DNA of 64,000 nucleotides from Candidatus Hermodarchaeota archaeon (GCA_048885865.1 JBHLLF010000011.1:1-64000), one strand, 5' to 3'; positions 47,147 through 58,272 are shown, counted from the first letter of the stretch. A program made the numbers and translations. The notes: a model not told the origin generated them from the sequence alone.

Positions 47147-50002
47147 ATGGCTCAGAAAGCTGAAACTAAAGCAAGGGCGTCAAGAATGTCAATGCGCATT
47201 GAAGGAATGCATTGTGCTTCGTGTGTAGCCAAAATCGAGGACGCCTTGACAAATCAAGACGGAGTAATAAAAGCCAGCGTTAGCTTGCTTGACGAAAAGG
47301 CTGTTGTTGAATACGAATCTACTGTAGTGGATAGAAGTGTTTTGGAGAAGGCTGTAGAGTCAACTGGTTATCGAGCACGACGGCCAACAATGTCCATCAC
47401 TCTTAGCGAAACCTCTTCTTCTCTAGATTGGAATTTGATCATGGAAACCTTGGAGCAACTGGAGGGGGTTATTTCTGCTCGTCAATTCATGGACACTAGG
47501 CGCATTTTGATTGAATATGATGATGAGCAATTGACATACAAGATTGTAAGAAAAACACTGAAGGGCATTGGAGTTGAAATCGAAGAGGCTGCAGGAATTG
47601 AAGCAGATCGAGAATCCCTAGCTAGAGAGAAAGAAATCCAGTATTACTCCCGTCTACTTGCATTCTCAGTTTTGTTGACAATCCCCGTGGTACTTATCCA
47701 CTTTGGCACTCTAACGTCGTGGTTTCCATCTGAAGAGCTGAGGAGGCTTCTCATGTTCCTTCTTGCCACGCCTGTTCAATTCATTGCAGGCTACCCCTTC
47801 TACAAGTCAGCTCTCAAGGCGGCACGCCATTTTACCACGAATATGGATACTCTCATAATGCTGGGCACAAGCGCCGCTTACTTTTACTCGGTGGCCACTA
47901 CCTTCCTACCACAATGGAATGTCTACATGCCATTCTATGATTCAGCAGTTCTTCTTCTGAGCTTCATCCTACTTGGTCGAACACTCGAAGCAATTGCAAA
48001 AGGACGTACGTCAAAAGCAATGCGAAGTTTGATGGATCTGCAGGCCAAGGTCGCCACAATTATACGAGATGGCGAGGAAATGCTACTTCCTATTGAGGAT
48101 GTTGAAGTCGGAGATATTGTCCTCATAAAGCCCGGGGATAAAGTCCCAGTAGATGGCGAAGTCATCGATGGTCAGTCGAGTGTTGACGAGTCAATGATAA
48201 CAGGGGAGCCAGAGCCAGTCAAGAAGAAAGCAGGCGATCCTGTGGTTGGAGCAACTATCAATAAGAATGGTGTTCTTCGAGTCAAAGCAACAAAAGTTGG
48301 AATGGACACGGTCTTATCTCAAATTGTCAAACTTGTAGAAGACGCCCAAACAAATAAGCCGCCCATACAGCGTAAAGCCGACGCAATAGCGAGCAAATTC
48401 ACGCCTGTTGTCATCGTATTAGCACTTTCAACTTTCATATTCTGGCTGTATATTTCCCCAATCCTGAATATTACTGACCCATTCTCGGGCGAGCCTGTTG
48501 AATGGACACAAGCCCTGACTTTCAGTATTGCCGTACTTGTAGCAGCCTGCCCGTGTGCTTTGGGACTTGCTACTCCAACAGCAATCATGGTCGGCATAGG
48601 AAAAGGAGCGCAGCATGGTATTCTGATAAAAGCTGGAGAAGGCCTTGAAGTCATTCCAACTGTTGACGCAATAGTATTCGACAAAACGGGTACTCTCACG
48701 ATCGGAAGGCCCACGGTAACAGATTTGTACACATACGGAGATTACAGTGACGCAGAAGCTCTACGAATCATCTCATCAGTGGAAAAGAACAGCGAACATC
48801 CTCTAGCTGAAGCAGTAGTAAAATACACCGAAGAGCTTGGAATCAACATCCCACATGCGTCTGATTTCGCCTCAACGACTGGAAGAGGAGTCCAGGCATT
48901 GGTAGAAGGACAGTTGGTTCTTGTCGGCAATGATAAGTTCATGAGAGAGAATTCCGTGGAGATTGCAGATGCTGAAGCCCAAGGACAAATGCTACAGGAG
49001 AAAGGAAAGACTACTATCTTTGCCGCAATTGAAGGCGAGATGCTTGCACTCATAGCCATAGCTGACAAGCTCAAAGACACTTCCATCCAAGCAGTTGAGA
49101 GCTTGAAGAGAATGGGCATAGAAGTGTGGATGATTACAGGCGATAAAGAAGCAACTGCACTAGCAATAGCAGAAACCGTTGGAATTGACAAAGTGCTTGC
49201 AGAGGTTTTGCCAGCTGATAAAGCTGAGAAAGTCAAGGAACTGCAGCGCAGTGGATTGACTGTGGCAATGGCAGGTGATGGTGTCAATGATGCAGTTGCA
49301 CTTGCCCAAGCCGATGTCGGCATCGCTTTGGGGTCTGGAACTGACGTATCAGTTGAAACTGGTGATATCGTTCTTGTTAAGGATAATTTACTCGACGTGG
49401 TCACTGGAATCCAGCTGGGCGGAAAAACAATGTCCAAGATAAGGCAGGGATTCTTCTGGGCATTAATCTATAATATAGCCCTACTTCCACTTGCTGCCGG
49501 ACTGTTGTATCCATCAGCAAACCTAGTGTTGCGTCCAGAGATTGCAGGTCTTGCAATGGCATTATCAAGTGTCAGTGTGGTCACCAATGCATTGACTCTG
49601 AACCGTTTCAAGCCTGAGCGCGCAGCGCATCCTATTGGAAGTGCACCTCCCGCCGCCTATCAGGAAGGCGATGTTGCTGTCGACCCGATCTGCAAGATGA
49701 AGGTGGAGATAGCTACAGCAGACCTATTCAGCGACTATAAAGGCAAGAGGTATTACTTCTGCAACCAATACTGCAAGGATACATTTGAAGGGAACCCTGC
49801 GGAGTATGAGGAGCTGACGGCTATGGAAGAAGAGATTCCAAAGGTCGCAGTTGACCCTATCTGCAAAATGGATGTGGATGTGGCCACAGCTGAGCTATTC
49901 AGCGACTTTGATGGGAAGCGATATTATTTCTGCTCGCCTAATTGCAAGCAGACATTTGATGCAGATCCGAAGGAGTATCAAGATCAAGATGCTAGGATAT
50001 AG
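47147..50002 (+). CDS. copA: Cu(I)-exporting P1B-1 ATPase with N-terminal HMA domains and two C-terminal YHS domains
   Basis: GMHCASC, TGE, ACPC, DKTGT, EHP, GDGVND, YN and MALSS motifs; two DPICKM..YYFC..C repeats. Confidence 0.96.
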   Translation: MAQKAETKARASRMSMRIEGMHCASCVAKIEDALTNQDGVIKASVSLLDEKAVVEYESTVVDRSVLEKAVESTGYRARRPTMSITLSETSSSLDWNLIMETLEQLEGVISARQFMDTRRILIEYDDEQLTYKIVRKTLKGIGVEIEEAAGIEADRESLAREKEIQYYSRLLAFSVLLTIPVVLIHFGTLTSWFPSEELRRLLMFLLATPVQFIAGYPFYKSALKAARHFTTNMDTLIMLGTSAAYFYSVATTFLPQWNVYMPFYDSAVLLLSFILLGRTLEAIAKGRTSKAMRSLMDLQAKVATIIRDGEEMLLPIEDVEVGDIVLIKPGDKVPVDGEVIDGQSSVDESMITGEPEPVKKKAGDPVVGATINKNGVLRVKATKVGMDTVLSQIVKLVEDAQTNKPPIQRKADAIASKFTPVVIVLALSTFIFWLYISPILNITDPFSGEPVEWTQALTFSIAVLVAACPCALGLATPTAIMVGIGKGAQHGILIKAGEGLEVIPTVDAIVFDKTGTLTIGRPTVTDLYTYGDYSDAEALRIISSVEKNSEHPLAEAVVKYTEELGINIPHASDFASTTGRGVQALVEGQLVLVGNDKFMRENSVEIADAEAQGQMLQEKGKTTIFAAIEGEMLALIAIADKLKDTSIQAVESLKRMGIEVWMITGDKEATALAIAETVGIDKVLAEVLPADKAEKVKELQRSGLTVAMAGDGVNDAVALAQADVGIALGSGTDVSVETGDIVLVKDNLLDVVTGIQLGGKTMSKIRQGFFWALIYNIALLPLAAGLLYPSANLVLRPEIAGLAMALSSVSVVTNALTLNRFKPERAAHPIGSAPPAAYQEGDVAVDPICKMKVEIATADLFSDYKGKRYYFCNQYCKDTFEGNPAEYEELTAMEEEIPKVAVDPICKMDVDVATAELFSDFDGKRYYFCSPNCKQTFDADPKEYQDQDARI

Positions 50003-50013
50003 ACGCATGAGAA

Positions 50014-50433
50014 TTAGTCAGAATCAAGCTTGAATTCTTTGGAGCAATTCTGGCATATCACTCTTCGTCCTTCAGAAATCTTCGATGGATAGTAGTAATA
50101 GCTGGCACCGCAAAAGTAACAGGTGCCCCAGTTCTCTTGATGCTTGGCCATTTCAATCTCCCGTTCTACAGGTTCTACATCCCACCGTGGTCCGAAGAAC
50201 CTGAAGTTGCATTCGCCATCTGAGGGGCCTTTCTCAATTGTTATGACAACAGGTATGTATGTTTGATACTCTTGTTTATACCCAACATAGTATTCAATCT
50301 TGAAACCATCGTTTTCCCAAACACGAGAATAGACAGTTTGATATCGTGCGGTCAATCTCCCCATGAGTGCCTCAACGCTTTCTCCGGTGAGTTTCTTTGA
50401 TAGCTCTACATTGTCATTAATCTTAATTGCCAC
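50014..50433 (-). CDS. Hypothetical protein with C-terminal zinc ribbon
   Basis: CYFCG...CQNCSKEF. Probable GTG start at 50433 after a GAGGGAG SD. Confidence 0.65.
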   Translation of the reverse strand: MAIKINDNVELSKKLTGESVEALMGRLTARYQTVYSRVWENDGFKIEYYVGYKQEYQTYIPVVITIEKGPSDGECNFRFFGPRWDVEPVEREIEMAKHQENWGTCYFCGASYYYYPSKISEGRRVICQNCSKEFKLDSD

Positions 50434-50536
50434 ATTGCTCCCTCGTTGCCGTTCGGATAGATTATGATATTGAAGAGATTTAAGGTGCCGCTCCCACAAG
50501 ATTCGTGCTTCATGAATTGAAGGAGGAGAATTGTGA

Positions 50537-51895
50537 ATGCTTCCTTTCTATAAGAAAGTCTCATACGGAATGGGACGCTTTGGGTCGTCGTTTCTATTGA
50601 CTCTAACTGGCCTCACTGCGTTCTGGATATATGGGACTGTTTTTGAGTTAAACTGGTTTCTTGATGGAATAGCACTTGCCGCATCCTATGTTGTCATTGG
50701 TCTAACGCATTGGTACATAGGCTTCTTGAGTGATAGGACTGAGACCAGATGGGGGCGAAGAAAGCCCTACGTTATCTTTGGAGCACCAGGACTGGCAATA
50801 ACCGGATTCCTGCTCTTTGTGCCCAACTGGTTTCTTGACACTGCGGACATAGCTTTAGAGTATGTCATTTTTGGGTATTACTTGTTCTTCATTTGTGCTT
50901 TCAAGTTCTTTTACGCATTCCTTCTCACGGCGTTTCAGGCTTGGTTGCCCGAGATAACTGATGAGGATGAACGTCCTTTGGTTTCAGGCATGCAGAACAC
51001 GGCAAACTGGATTGCTAATGGACTTGGAGTGGTCATTGGATTCGTTACCCCGTTGTTCTTTGTGGCTGCACCTCCAGGCTTGAGTTCGATCGGATTCATG
51101 ATAGTCCTGGCTTTCGCAATCATCACTGTTTTGTTCTACCTGCCATCGATAGCTTTCATCAGGGAAAAACCCGGTCTAGTGCCTACAAGGAGGAGCATGA
51201 GGGAGGAAACAAAGACAGTACTGGAGAACCCTGTATACGTGAGGTGGGTATTCATCTCAGGATTTCTGGCGTTCAGCTTTTCGGCGATAACAACTCAAAT
51301 TGTGGGCTATTCTCAGACTGTGCTACTTCTGACCTCGATGGATCTTTTGCTACCTCCCGCAATTGCCCTTCTTATCTCAATCATCATCTTTCTTTACTTG
51401 TGGGTCAAAATGATTCATAGGGTTGGCAAGGGCCGCCTGTTGTTCTACTCCATGGTCATCCTTGCCTTTCTGATGGCGATGACGCCAGTTCTTGGTTGGC
51501 TTACAGGCGTAATCTCAAATGTCATTGTAGCCTTCTTTTACTTCATTCCTTTGGCGGCTTGTATGGCCGTGTGGTATCTAATGAGCTACATTGTTCCGGC
51601 TGACATCGCACATGTTGACGAACTAGGAACTGGAAAGGGTCGTGCGGGTATGTATGAGGGCTTTAAGGGCGTACCACTAAATATATTCCAAGCCATGACT
51701 GCTGTGTCTCTTGGCAGTCTCATGAGCTTCTCTGTAGCCAGTACAGGCAGCGAGCTTTTTGGTTACCTGTGGTGGGGACCAATCTTCGCGCCATTCCTAC
51801 TGATTTCAGCCTGGATTCTGCGATCGACTAACATTGACCCCGATTTCGAGGCATTGAAGGCTCAGGCACAGGTAGGAGAGGTACACGAACAATAA
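50537..51895 (+). CDS. MFS transporter, GPH/MelB family
   Basis: GFLSDRTETRWGRRKPY, LPEIT..ER and G..RAGMY.G motifs; about 12 TM. Confidence 0.92.
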   Translation: MLPFYKKVSYGMGRFGSSFLLTLTGLTAFWIYGTVFELNWFLDGIALAASYVVIGLTHWYIGFLSDRTETRWGRRKPYVIFGAPGLAITGFLLFVPNWFLDTADIALEYVIFGYYLFFICAFKFFYAFLLTAFQAWLPEITDEDERPLVSGMQNTANWIANGLGVVIGFVTPLFFVAAPPGLSSIGFMIVLAFAIITVLFYLPSIAFIREKPGLVPTRRSMREETKTVLENPVYVRWVFISGFLAFSFSAITTQIVGYSQTVLLLTSMDLLLPPAIALLISIIIFLYLWVKMIHRVGKGRLLFYSMVILAFLMAMTPVLGWLTGVISNVIVAFFYFIPLAACMAVWYLMSYIVPADIAHVDELGTGKGRAGMYEGFKGVPLNIFQAMTAVSLGSLMSFSVASTGSELFGYLWWGPIFAPFLLISAWILRSTNIDPDFEALKAQAQVGEVHEQ

Positions 51896-51963
51896 TCGGA
51901 TGGATACTTTGGAAGTGCCCAGATGGGCTCTTCCACCATCCCATTTTTCAATTGAAAAACAGA

Positions 51964-52869
51964 CTAGAGGAAGAAATTACCTTCTGCGACAAGCTTGACC
52001 TTACCTGAAACTTCCATCCCTTCGAAATCTGCGCCCCCGACAACCTGCGAGATTAAATTGCTTGGCCGCTGTATTTCAAATCCCTGTTCAATGACCACGG
52101 GCTCGGCAATATCGCTCCCACTCTGAACATCATATTTGCGCACATAGGCACCTAGCGGCCCTGCAGCACTTCCCGTCGCAGGATCCTCCAAGACTCCAAC
52201 TCCAGGTGCAAACATCCGTGCATGGACAGAAGAGCCCTCATGGACTGTTTCAGTTGAGAAGATGACAATCTCCTGACTCAATTGGCCAGCTAGTGTATTC
52301 AGGATCTCATTTGGACTTGGTTCTGCTAATTGTACTGCTTTCAGGCTTTTCAATTGTACAATCAAAAAGGGGAATCCAGTTGAGACCCATTGAAGCGGGC
52401 TAGTCTTCGAGATGTCATCAGGACTGACCTGAACTGCTTTGGCGATAGCTTCAATGTCGTTGAATTCAGCAAGAAACTCTGGTTTGCTCTGTCGCATTAG
52501 AACTGTATCACCTGAGAGAAACTCAACAGGAGTAGGCCCAATACCAAGCTCCAAAGTGGCCGCCTTAATCTCCTCTGATATCAAGCCCTTATGCTTCATA
52601 GCAAAAGCAGTGCCAAGAGTCGGGTGTCCTGCAAAAGGAATCTCAGCTCCAGGAGTAAAGATTCGTACCTTTGCGGCGCATTGAGGCTTTTCAGAAGAGA
52701 GTATGAATGTTGTCTCAGAGAAGTTGAATTCCAAAGCCATACCCTGCATTTCTTCAGTCGTTAGATCTAGATTTCGCCTTGAGTTCCAAAACGTAGCAAG
52801 TTGATTTCCGCCAAAACCATACCTATCATCAGTGAATACACTAGTCTGTACATAAGGAAATGAACGCAA
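51964..52869 (-). CDS. PhzF-family isomerase
   Basis: [31 protein letters not shown] and EDPATGSA motifs. Confidence 0.95.
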   Translation of the reverse strand: MRSFPYVQTSVFTDDRYGFGGNQLATFWNSRRNLDLTTEEMQGMALEFNFSETTFILSSEKPQCAAKVRIFTPGAEIPFAGHPTLGTAFAMKHKGLISEEIKAATLELGIGPTPVEFLSGDTVLMRQSKPEFLAEFNDIEAIAKAVQVSPDDISKTSPLQWVSTGFPFLIVQLKSLKAVQLAEPSPNEILNTLAGQLSQEIVIFSTETVHEGSSVHARMFAPGVGVLEDPATGSAAGPLGAYVRKYDVQSGSDIAEPVVIEQGFEIQRPSNLISQVVGGADFEGMEVSGKVKLVAEGNFFL

Positions 52870-52939
52870 TGCTCTCTCACCTAGGAGTACATACCTCATA
52901 TTCCTGCTTTAAGCAGCTCCTCTGAAGCAAGTTCGTAAA

Positions 52940-53419
52940 TCAGCACTTGACCTTATCGAGCTCGCCCTGACAAATCTCACGGTCTTGCTTATCCTCAAGT
53001 ATGTCAATGAGCTCCTGGGACATCTTGGTGTATTTCTTACATTCGTCCTTGTTGCCTGCTGCAGCATGGGCTTTGGCGATTGCCTCATAGACAAAAGGCA
53101 TGTCAAAACTGGCCCAATTCTCACTATCCTCCTTCTCAGCCTTCTTTGCAAGATCATACATGATGTTTGCATATCTAACAGCCTGGTCCCCATTCTTCAT
53201 GTGAGAGAAGACTCGAGAGATCATGTACACAGCTCGAACATCGTTTGTCAGTGTGCCCACTTGCTTCCAATGATAGCGAGATGTGTAAGCCATTTCAAGG
53301 GCATCTTCAAGCTCAGCATCTGTTGGATTGGCATTGTCCAGAACGCCCCAGACGCCACCATTGGTCTTTGCACCTAGTTTCTTGTGAAACTCGTTGAGAG
53401 TAAGTGTCTCATCAGTCAA
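52940..53419 (-). CDS. Hypothetical all-helical (TPR-like) protein
   Basis: Protein-like helical composition (AYTSRYHW...ISRV...YEAIAKAHA). TTG start after GAGGG. Confidence 0.65.
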   Translation of the reverse strand: MTDETLTLNEFHKKLGAKTNGGVWGVLDNANPTDAELEDALEMAYTSRYHWKQVGTLTNDVRAVYMISRVFSHMKNGDQAVRYANIMYDLAKKAEKEDSENWASFDMPFVYEAIAKAHAAAGNKDECKKYTKMSQELIDILEDKQDREICQGELDKVKC

Positions 53420-53606
53420 AGTTGAACCCTCAAAACAAGACTTAGATAACAATTGTTAATAAGTGTCTCTATTTTAGCTGCTAGATGAGGAGATGCACTT
53501 TCGTCTCAATCGGTCCCAACAACAAGAATCCTAGCCAATTCAATGCAATAATCGTAATATATATAGGATTTATTTGTATTATTAAACCCTAGGAGCAATT
53601 CATCAT

Positions 53607-54083
53607 ATGCTTGACCTAAATTCCCCTACCAATCGTGATCTTGTACATTTCTTCGAAAAACATTCGGAATGGTTGGGATTAGGGCGATATGCTGGTTTAG
53701 CTTTAGCCGCTATAGCAATCAATGAGTTCGAGAATGATGACATGCTTGGCGCTGATGAAATCGCCGAATATACAGGATATTCGCGTAGCAACGTGGGCTT
53801 AATTCTATCTCAGCTTGAGAGTCTTGGTGTGATAACATGGCAGTCTGATCCATCTCAGAGAGGGAGAGGGCGAAAGCGGCATCTATATCGCCTTTCCAAA
53901 GGTGCCAATTCGATAATGCGAATTGGGCTAAAGAAAGTCGTTGATAGGTTGAAGGATGAAGTCAAAGTGCTGCAAATATTGATGGAAACCTATGGAAATG
54001 ACATGCCTCATATCAAGCATATGTTGAAAGACATGAAGGAGGACGCGGAAGAGGCACTATCCTGTGTCACAAATTTGTCTTAG
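53607..54083 (+). CDS. GbsR/MarR-like winged-helix regulator
   Basis: LGADEIAEYTGYSRSNVGLILSQLESLG..GRGRKRHLY. Confidence 0.8.
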   Translation: MLDLNSPTNRDLVHFFEKHSEWLGLGRYAGLALAAIAINEFENDDMLGADEIAEYTGYSRSNVGLILSQLESLGVITWQSDPSQRGRGRKRHLYRLSKGANSIMRIGLKKVVDRLKDEVKVLQILMETYGNDMPHIKHMLKDMKEDAEEALSCVTNLS

Positions 54084-54847
54084 AACGCGAGCCAACCTCC
54101 ATCTACTGCTAGTGTGTGCCCGGTAATATATATCGCATCATCACTAGCAAGGAAACATGCCGCACCTCTTATCCATTCATTCTCAGCGAACATAGGTAAG
54201 GCGGTCCGAGGCTTAATCATCGTGTTTGCAATTTTCTTATCGCGCAGTGCTTCGATTGACATTGCAGTGGGAAAGAAGCCTGGGGCGATAGCATTGACTC
54301 GAATATTATGTTCTCCAAGCTCAACAGCTAGCGCCTTGGTCATAGCCACCATACCACCCTTCGAGGTGTAGTAGCTGATCTCAGTAAACTTGGTCCCTCC
54401 AAATCCGAATGTGGATGAGATATTGATGATGGAGCCAAACCTCTTTGGAATCATCACCTTAGCCACTTCTCGCGTCGCCAGGAATGCGGACGTGAGATTC
54501 ACATCCATCACTTTATTCCAGTCTTTCAGAGTCTGTTCTATCAGTGGTTTTACAATGTACATCCCAGCATTGTTAACCAAAACATCGACTGTGCCTAGCT
54601 TGTCGACTGCTGTCTTGACAAGCTTGACTATATCTTCCTCCTTGGTCACATCACACATGACAGGAATTGCTCTTACATTGTATTCCTCGGCAACTTCTTT
54701 GGCGATTTTCTCCAACAGCTCCATTCTGCGAGCTGCAAGAACAACATGCGCCCCGGATTCTGCAAATCCGTGAGCGAATTGCTCTCCCAAGCCAGCGGAA
54801 GCTCCCGTTATGATGACCACTCTATCAGTGAGGTCGTAGTTCACCAT
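54080..54847 (-). CDS. Short-chain dehydrogenase/reductase
   Basis: TGASAGLG, NNAG, YYTSK, IRVNAIAPG and VDGG motifs. Confidence 0.96.
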   Translation of the reverse strand: MVNYDLTDRVVIITGASAGLGEQFAHGFAESGAHVVLAARRMELLEKIAKEVAEEYNVRAIPVMCDVTKEEDIVKLVKTAVDKLGTVDVLVNNAGMYIVKPLIEQTLKDWNKVMDVNLTSAFLATREVAKVMIPKRFGSIINISSTFGFGGTKFTEISYYTSKGGMVAMTKALAVELGEHNIRVNAIAPGFFPTAMSIEALRDKKIANTMIKPRTALPMFAENEWIRGAACFLASDDAIYITGHTLAVDGGWLAF

Positions 54848-54954
54848 CCTGTTCTCTCTCCAATAGTTATGTTGATAGTGACTTATCGGGGACCTCCATA
54901 TAAACAGTAAAGATTCCTACTGATTCTCGGTGATTGGTGAATATCTATGACACA

Positions 54955-55896
54955 TTATTGTTGAGGCGCATTTTCGCCAGAGTTTTTCCGAATTTGATAG
55001 AACCTAATCAGGCCAATTGGTACCACAATGGCGAGCCAGATAATGATGTCGCCCATAGTAGACATCAACGAGTATTGATTCGCTGGATCCAGCCATAGAG
55101 ACCCCAGCCTCATCATTTTGATAAGTGGGAATACCAAAACCAGACCAAAGGCTCTCTTTAGTTGAACCGCGTTCACTCGAGCTGCCAATGGAGGGCCAAT
55201 CTGTCCACCAACCACCATTCCTGCACCAAGTGCTAGGGCATACGCCGGATCGATGAATCCTGTAACATAATTCAATGCAGTCCCAGCTGAAGCAGTAAAG
55301 ACCATTGTGAACATCGATGTGGAAACAGCGGCCAGCATCGGTAGACCCATGAGAAGACTCAGCACGGGGACTATCACTGCACCTCCACCTATACCAAGTA
55401 GACCAGCTGCTACCCCGCCAATAAAGGCACCAACTAGGGAGAACGCCAATCGCTGATGTGACAACGCCGAGAAATCATAGTTCTCGATCTCTGATCTGTT
55501 ATCATCGTTCTTTCTTCTTTTTGCAAAGAGCATCTTGATTGCAACTGGGAAGAGAGAGATGCCGAATATCAGACGAAGTGCATAGTCCTCCGCAATCAGA
55601 GTCCGTAGGAAAACACCGGTCAAAGATCCCGGGATTGTGGTGATAGCTAGAAATAACCCGGCTTTGGGAATGATTGGACGAGGATTCTGTTTCCAGTATT
55701 TTGGTGTGCTGGCTGCAGCAACGAACAATGCAGCAACCAGAGCCGTAGCTGAGGCGTGCTGTGCATCAAAGAAGAAGACAATAATCAATAACGGAGTGTT
55801 GAAGATGCCACCGCCAATTCCCACCATAGAGGCAATTGTTCCCACTGCCACAGCATAAATAGCTAATAGCAGAACATCGACAATCATCGCTTGCAT
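54955..55896 (-). CDS. TauE/SafE (TSUP) sulfite-exporter family membrane protein
   Basis: Duplicated G.GGG...P motif; AVSTS; LKRAF. Confidence 0.9.
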   Translation of the reverse strand: MQAMIVDVLLLAIYAVAVGTIASMVGIGGGIFNTPLLIIVFFFDAQHASATALVAALFVAAASTPKYWKQNPRPIIPKAGLFLAITTIPGSLTGVFLRTLIAEDYALRLIFGISLFPVAIKMLFAKRRKNDDNRSEIENYDFSALSHQRLAFSLVGAFIGGVAAGLLGIGGGAVIVPVLSLLMGLPMLAAVSTSMFTMVFTASAGTALNYVTGFIDPAYALALGAGMVVGGQIGPPLAARVNAVQLKRAFGLVLVFPLIKMMRLGSLWLDPANQYSLMSTMGDIIIWLAIVVPIGLIRFYQIRKNSGENAPQQ

Positions 55897-55969
55897 CTAT
55901 GAGCTCCGTCCTAAAAGCCGGGGCGAATTTTCCTATACTTAAGGAATCCTATCAGGTCGCTCAATCAGA

Positions 55970-56407
55970 CTACATCGGGGTTGGTCGCCGACTAACCTGG
56001 TAGCCGCCAATAATCATCAGAATAATCCCAATACCAATCGCCGCTATTGCCTGATTTAGCAGTGTAAATGATTGACTTTCAGCTGCGAAGTACGAAACCC
56101 CCATTCCGATGAATATAACAACGAGTCCAATAAAGGCGATGATCCTACCCGGCCGGGAGTCATATCTCAAAAAGGCAGGGCCCTCATCGGATATCTCAAT
56201 CTTTGGAGCCTTGGAGACCTCCACATCTTTTCTAAAGAAGCGTAGGCCATCTGGAGTGACTTTACCTTCCATAATGCCTTCAGTTATCATCTCATTAAGC
56301 ATGGATACAACTTCATCCATCTCAACACCCAACCTGTCACTCATTAGCTGAATGGAACTGATATTATTCTCAACCATCTCCCTTAGGTGACTCCTTGGGT
56401 CGGACAT
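55970..56407 (-). CDS. PCI-like winged-helix domain plus 2 TM protein
   Basis: SIQLMSDRLGVEMDEVVSMLNEMITEGIMEGKVTPDG resembles the PCI wH C-terminus; two TM helices follow. Confidence 0.55.
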   Translation of the reverse strand: MSDPRSHLREMVENNISSIQLMSDRLGVEMDEVVSMLNEMITEGIMEGKVTPDGLRFFRKDVEVSKAPKIEISDEGPAFLRYDSRPGRIIAFIGLVVIFIGMGVSYFAAESQSFTLLNQAIAAIGIGIILMIIGGYQVSRRPTPM

Positions 56408-56432
56408 TCTAGTTTCATCTGGGGTTAATAAT

Positions 56433-56707
56433 AGACTCCACCTAAACCTAACGGTTCAAGAAGCAGCTGGTTTAGAAGCGAATGTATAATGGAGGCATTG
56501 ATCGGAGTGCCAGTGCTCAGCCGAGCCGCCGCCGGAGTCAGGGGCCAGTTGTTGGATGCCCACAATGGTTCTATAGAACTTCCAACTCTGCTGGAAGGGA
56601 AAGGAGCTAGAATTCTGGCAACAGTCCCATTCCAGACTTGAAGCGCCAGTTGCATTGCGCTGATGGAAAGGGAATAGTCACTAATTGCGACCCTAACAGG
56701 TGGCTCT
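56433..56707. ncRNA. Candidate ~270-nt structured non-coding RNA (family not recognised)
   Basis: End-to-end pairing CCACCT/AGGTGG, several internal stems and a K-turn-like GA/GA hairpin; GC-richer than the flanking promoters. Confidence 0.4.
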
Positions 56708-56754
56708 CCGTTATATAGGAACTTTCTCACCTCAGTCTAGGCAAGAGAGGAGCA

Positions 56755-58254
56755 TTGACAGCAATGAGCAGAACCTCGACGTTCATGGGATTCACTGAGG
56801 CTGATGCGAAGGCGATTCACCTTGGCAAGGTATTGATGATTCTCCTTCCAACCGCCAGCATCATCTTCACGCTCAGCTCTACCTTCTATACGATTTTCAT
56901 AGCAGAGGCACTTGGTGGAGGCGACTTCATTCAGGGCCTTAGTCTATTGGGAATTCTAATAGCTATTCAGATGGTTGTGCAGACTGTTTTGGATTATCCG
57001 AGTGGAGCACTTGGAGATTGGATAGGCCAAAGATATGTCATTGCATTGGGTAACTCACTTTACGGTGTCACTTTCTTTATGGTATCCCTTGTCACCTCAG
57101 AGACTCCCTTTGCTTATCTAGCCGCCATATATGCCATGCAAGGAGTAGCGCAGTCCCAGATATCTGGAGCTTGGGATGCATGGTTTGACAATAACTACAA
57201 GGTTGCAATGCCTCAAGATGAGGACAGGAAACAGTACGGGGTATTCTGGGGTCGTATGGGAATGATTTCCCAGATTGCAGCAACGGCTGCTCTCATTCCA
57301 GGAAGCATTCTTGCGGTTGTATTCCGGAGGCCGTTTGTCTTCCAGATTGAAGCAGTGGGTGCGTTCATTTTCGCAATGCTGGTCATGAGGTATATACGTG
57401 ATTTTCCAGAAGTCGAGGCGATGAGAGAGGAGCGACCCTCAATGGGCGAATATATCACTCTCCTGAAGGAAGGAGTCAGCTACCTTTGGCGAACACCATT
57501 TGTAAAATACCTGGTATTTGGCTCCATGCTAGCTGCGAGCGCAATCTCTGTCTGGGGTCAGCTGATTCTATTTCCCCTCTACTTCTCCTATCTCATCACT
57601 GATGTCGCGGTCGCATCTTTCAGAACTCTTGCCTTTCTACCTGGAGTTGTCGCCAACGAGCGATCCGGTATTTGGTCTCAGAAGTTTGAACCCAAGAAAT
57701 GGATACCCCGATTTCGTCTGCTGCAAGCATGTGGATTTGCATTCTATATAGTACTGGCGCTTGTGATGACCATCTTCCCTCCCGCAGCTGAAGGGGCAGA
57801 GATGGTCACACTGCTCTTGCCATTCACATCTCTGGTTCTAATCGAGCTGCCCATCATCCATGTGATTCCAGTAGCACTTCTCTTCACACTCTTCACAGTG
57901 ACAGTGTTCTTCGGAGGATTTGCTGAGATTCTGACCCAGAGAGTTCTTTTAGATGCAATACCCAATCGCAATAGGAACTCCATTTACTCACTTCAGCCCA
58001 CAATCCATCTTTTGCTCGCGATTCCTCAGATTGTGTTCTTTGGATGGTTCATCCCCACCTTTGGATTTCCTTTGACATTGACTGGTTGCGCCTTTGTTTC
58101 ATTAGCAGGTGTCTTGGTCATTAGATATGCGCTGACGCTGGATGTGCCAAAATGCGATGATTTTGCGGAACAGCAAATGCAGACTCCTGAATTAAGTGAA
58201 TCGACAGAAAGCAGGCAAAAGGATACAGAGGCGTTGGCATATCAGTTGGAATGA
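56755..58254 (+). CDS. MFS transporter
   Basis: DYPSGALGDWIGQR (motif A), SGAWDAW; about 12 TM. Confidence 0.9.
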   Translation: MTAMSRTSTFMGFTEADAKAIHLGKVLMILLPTASIIFTLSSTFYTIFIAEALGGGDFIQGLSLLGILIAIQMVVQTVLDYPSGALGDWIGQRYVIALGNSLYGVTFFMVSLVTSETPFAYLAAIYAMQGVAQSQISGAWDAWFDNNYKVAMPQDEDRKQYGVFWGRMGMISQIAATAALIPGSILAVVFRRPFVFQIEAVGAFIFAMLVMRYIRDFPEVEAMREERPSMGEYITLLKEGVSYLWRTPFVKYLVFGSMLAASAISVWGQLILFPLYFSYLITDVAVASFRTLAFLPGVVANERSGIWSQKFEPKKWIPRFRLLQACGFAFYIVLALVMTIFPPAAEGAEMVTLLLPFTSLVLIELPIIHVIPVALLFTLFTVTVFFGGFAEILTQRVLLDAIPNRNRNSIYSLQPTIHLLLAIPQIVFFGWFIPTFGFPLTLTGCAFVSLAGVLVIRYALTLDVPKCDDFAEQQMQTPELSESTESRQKDTEALAYQLE

Positions 58255-58272
58255 TGGTTCAAGCTTTAGAGT

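Noticed and set aside
48742-49437. 231-aa antisense ORF inside copA, and the many other antisense or overlapping ORFs in the track
   Set aside because: Shadow ORFs of well-supported genes, with no motifs of their own.
56441-56697. CCTAAACCTAAC / CCCTAAC resembling telomerase-template repeats
   Set aside because: Short matches expected by chance; no reverse transcriptase in the window.
56425-56730. 101-aa minus-strand ORF spanning the structured intergenic region
   Set aside because: It covers both flanking TATA boxes and has no recognisable domain. It cannot be fully excluded.
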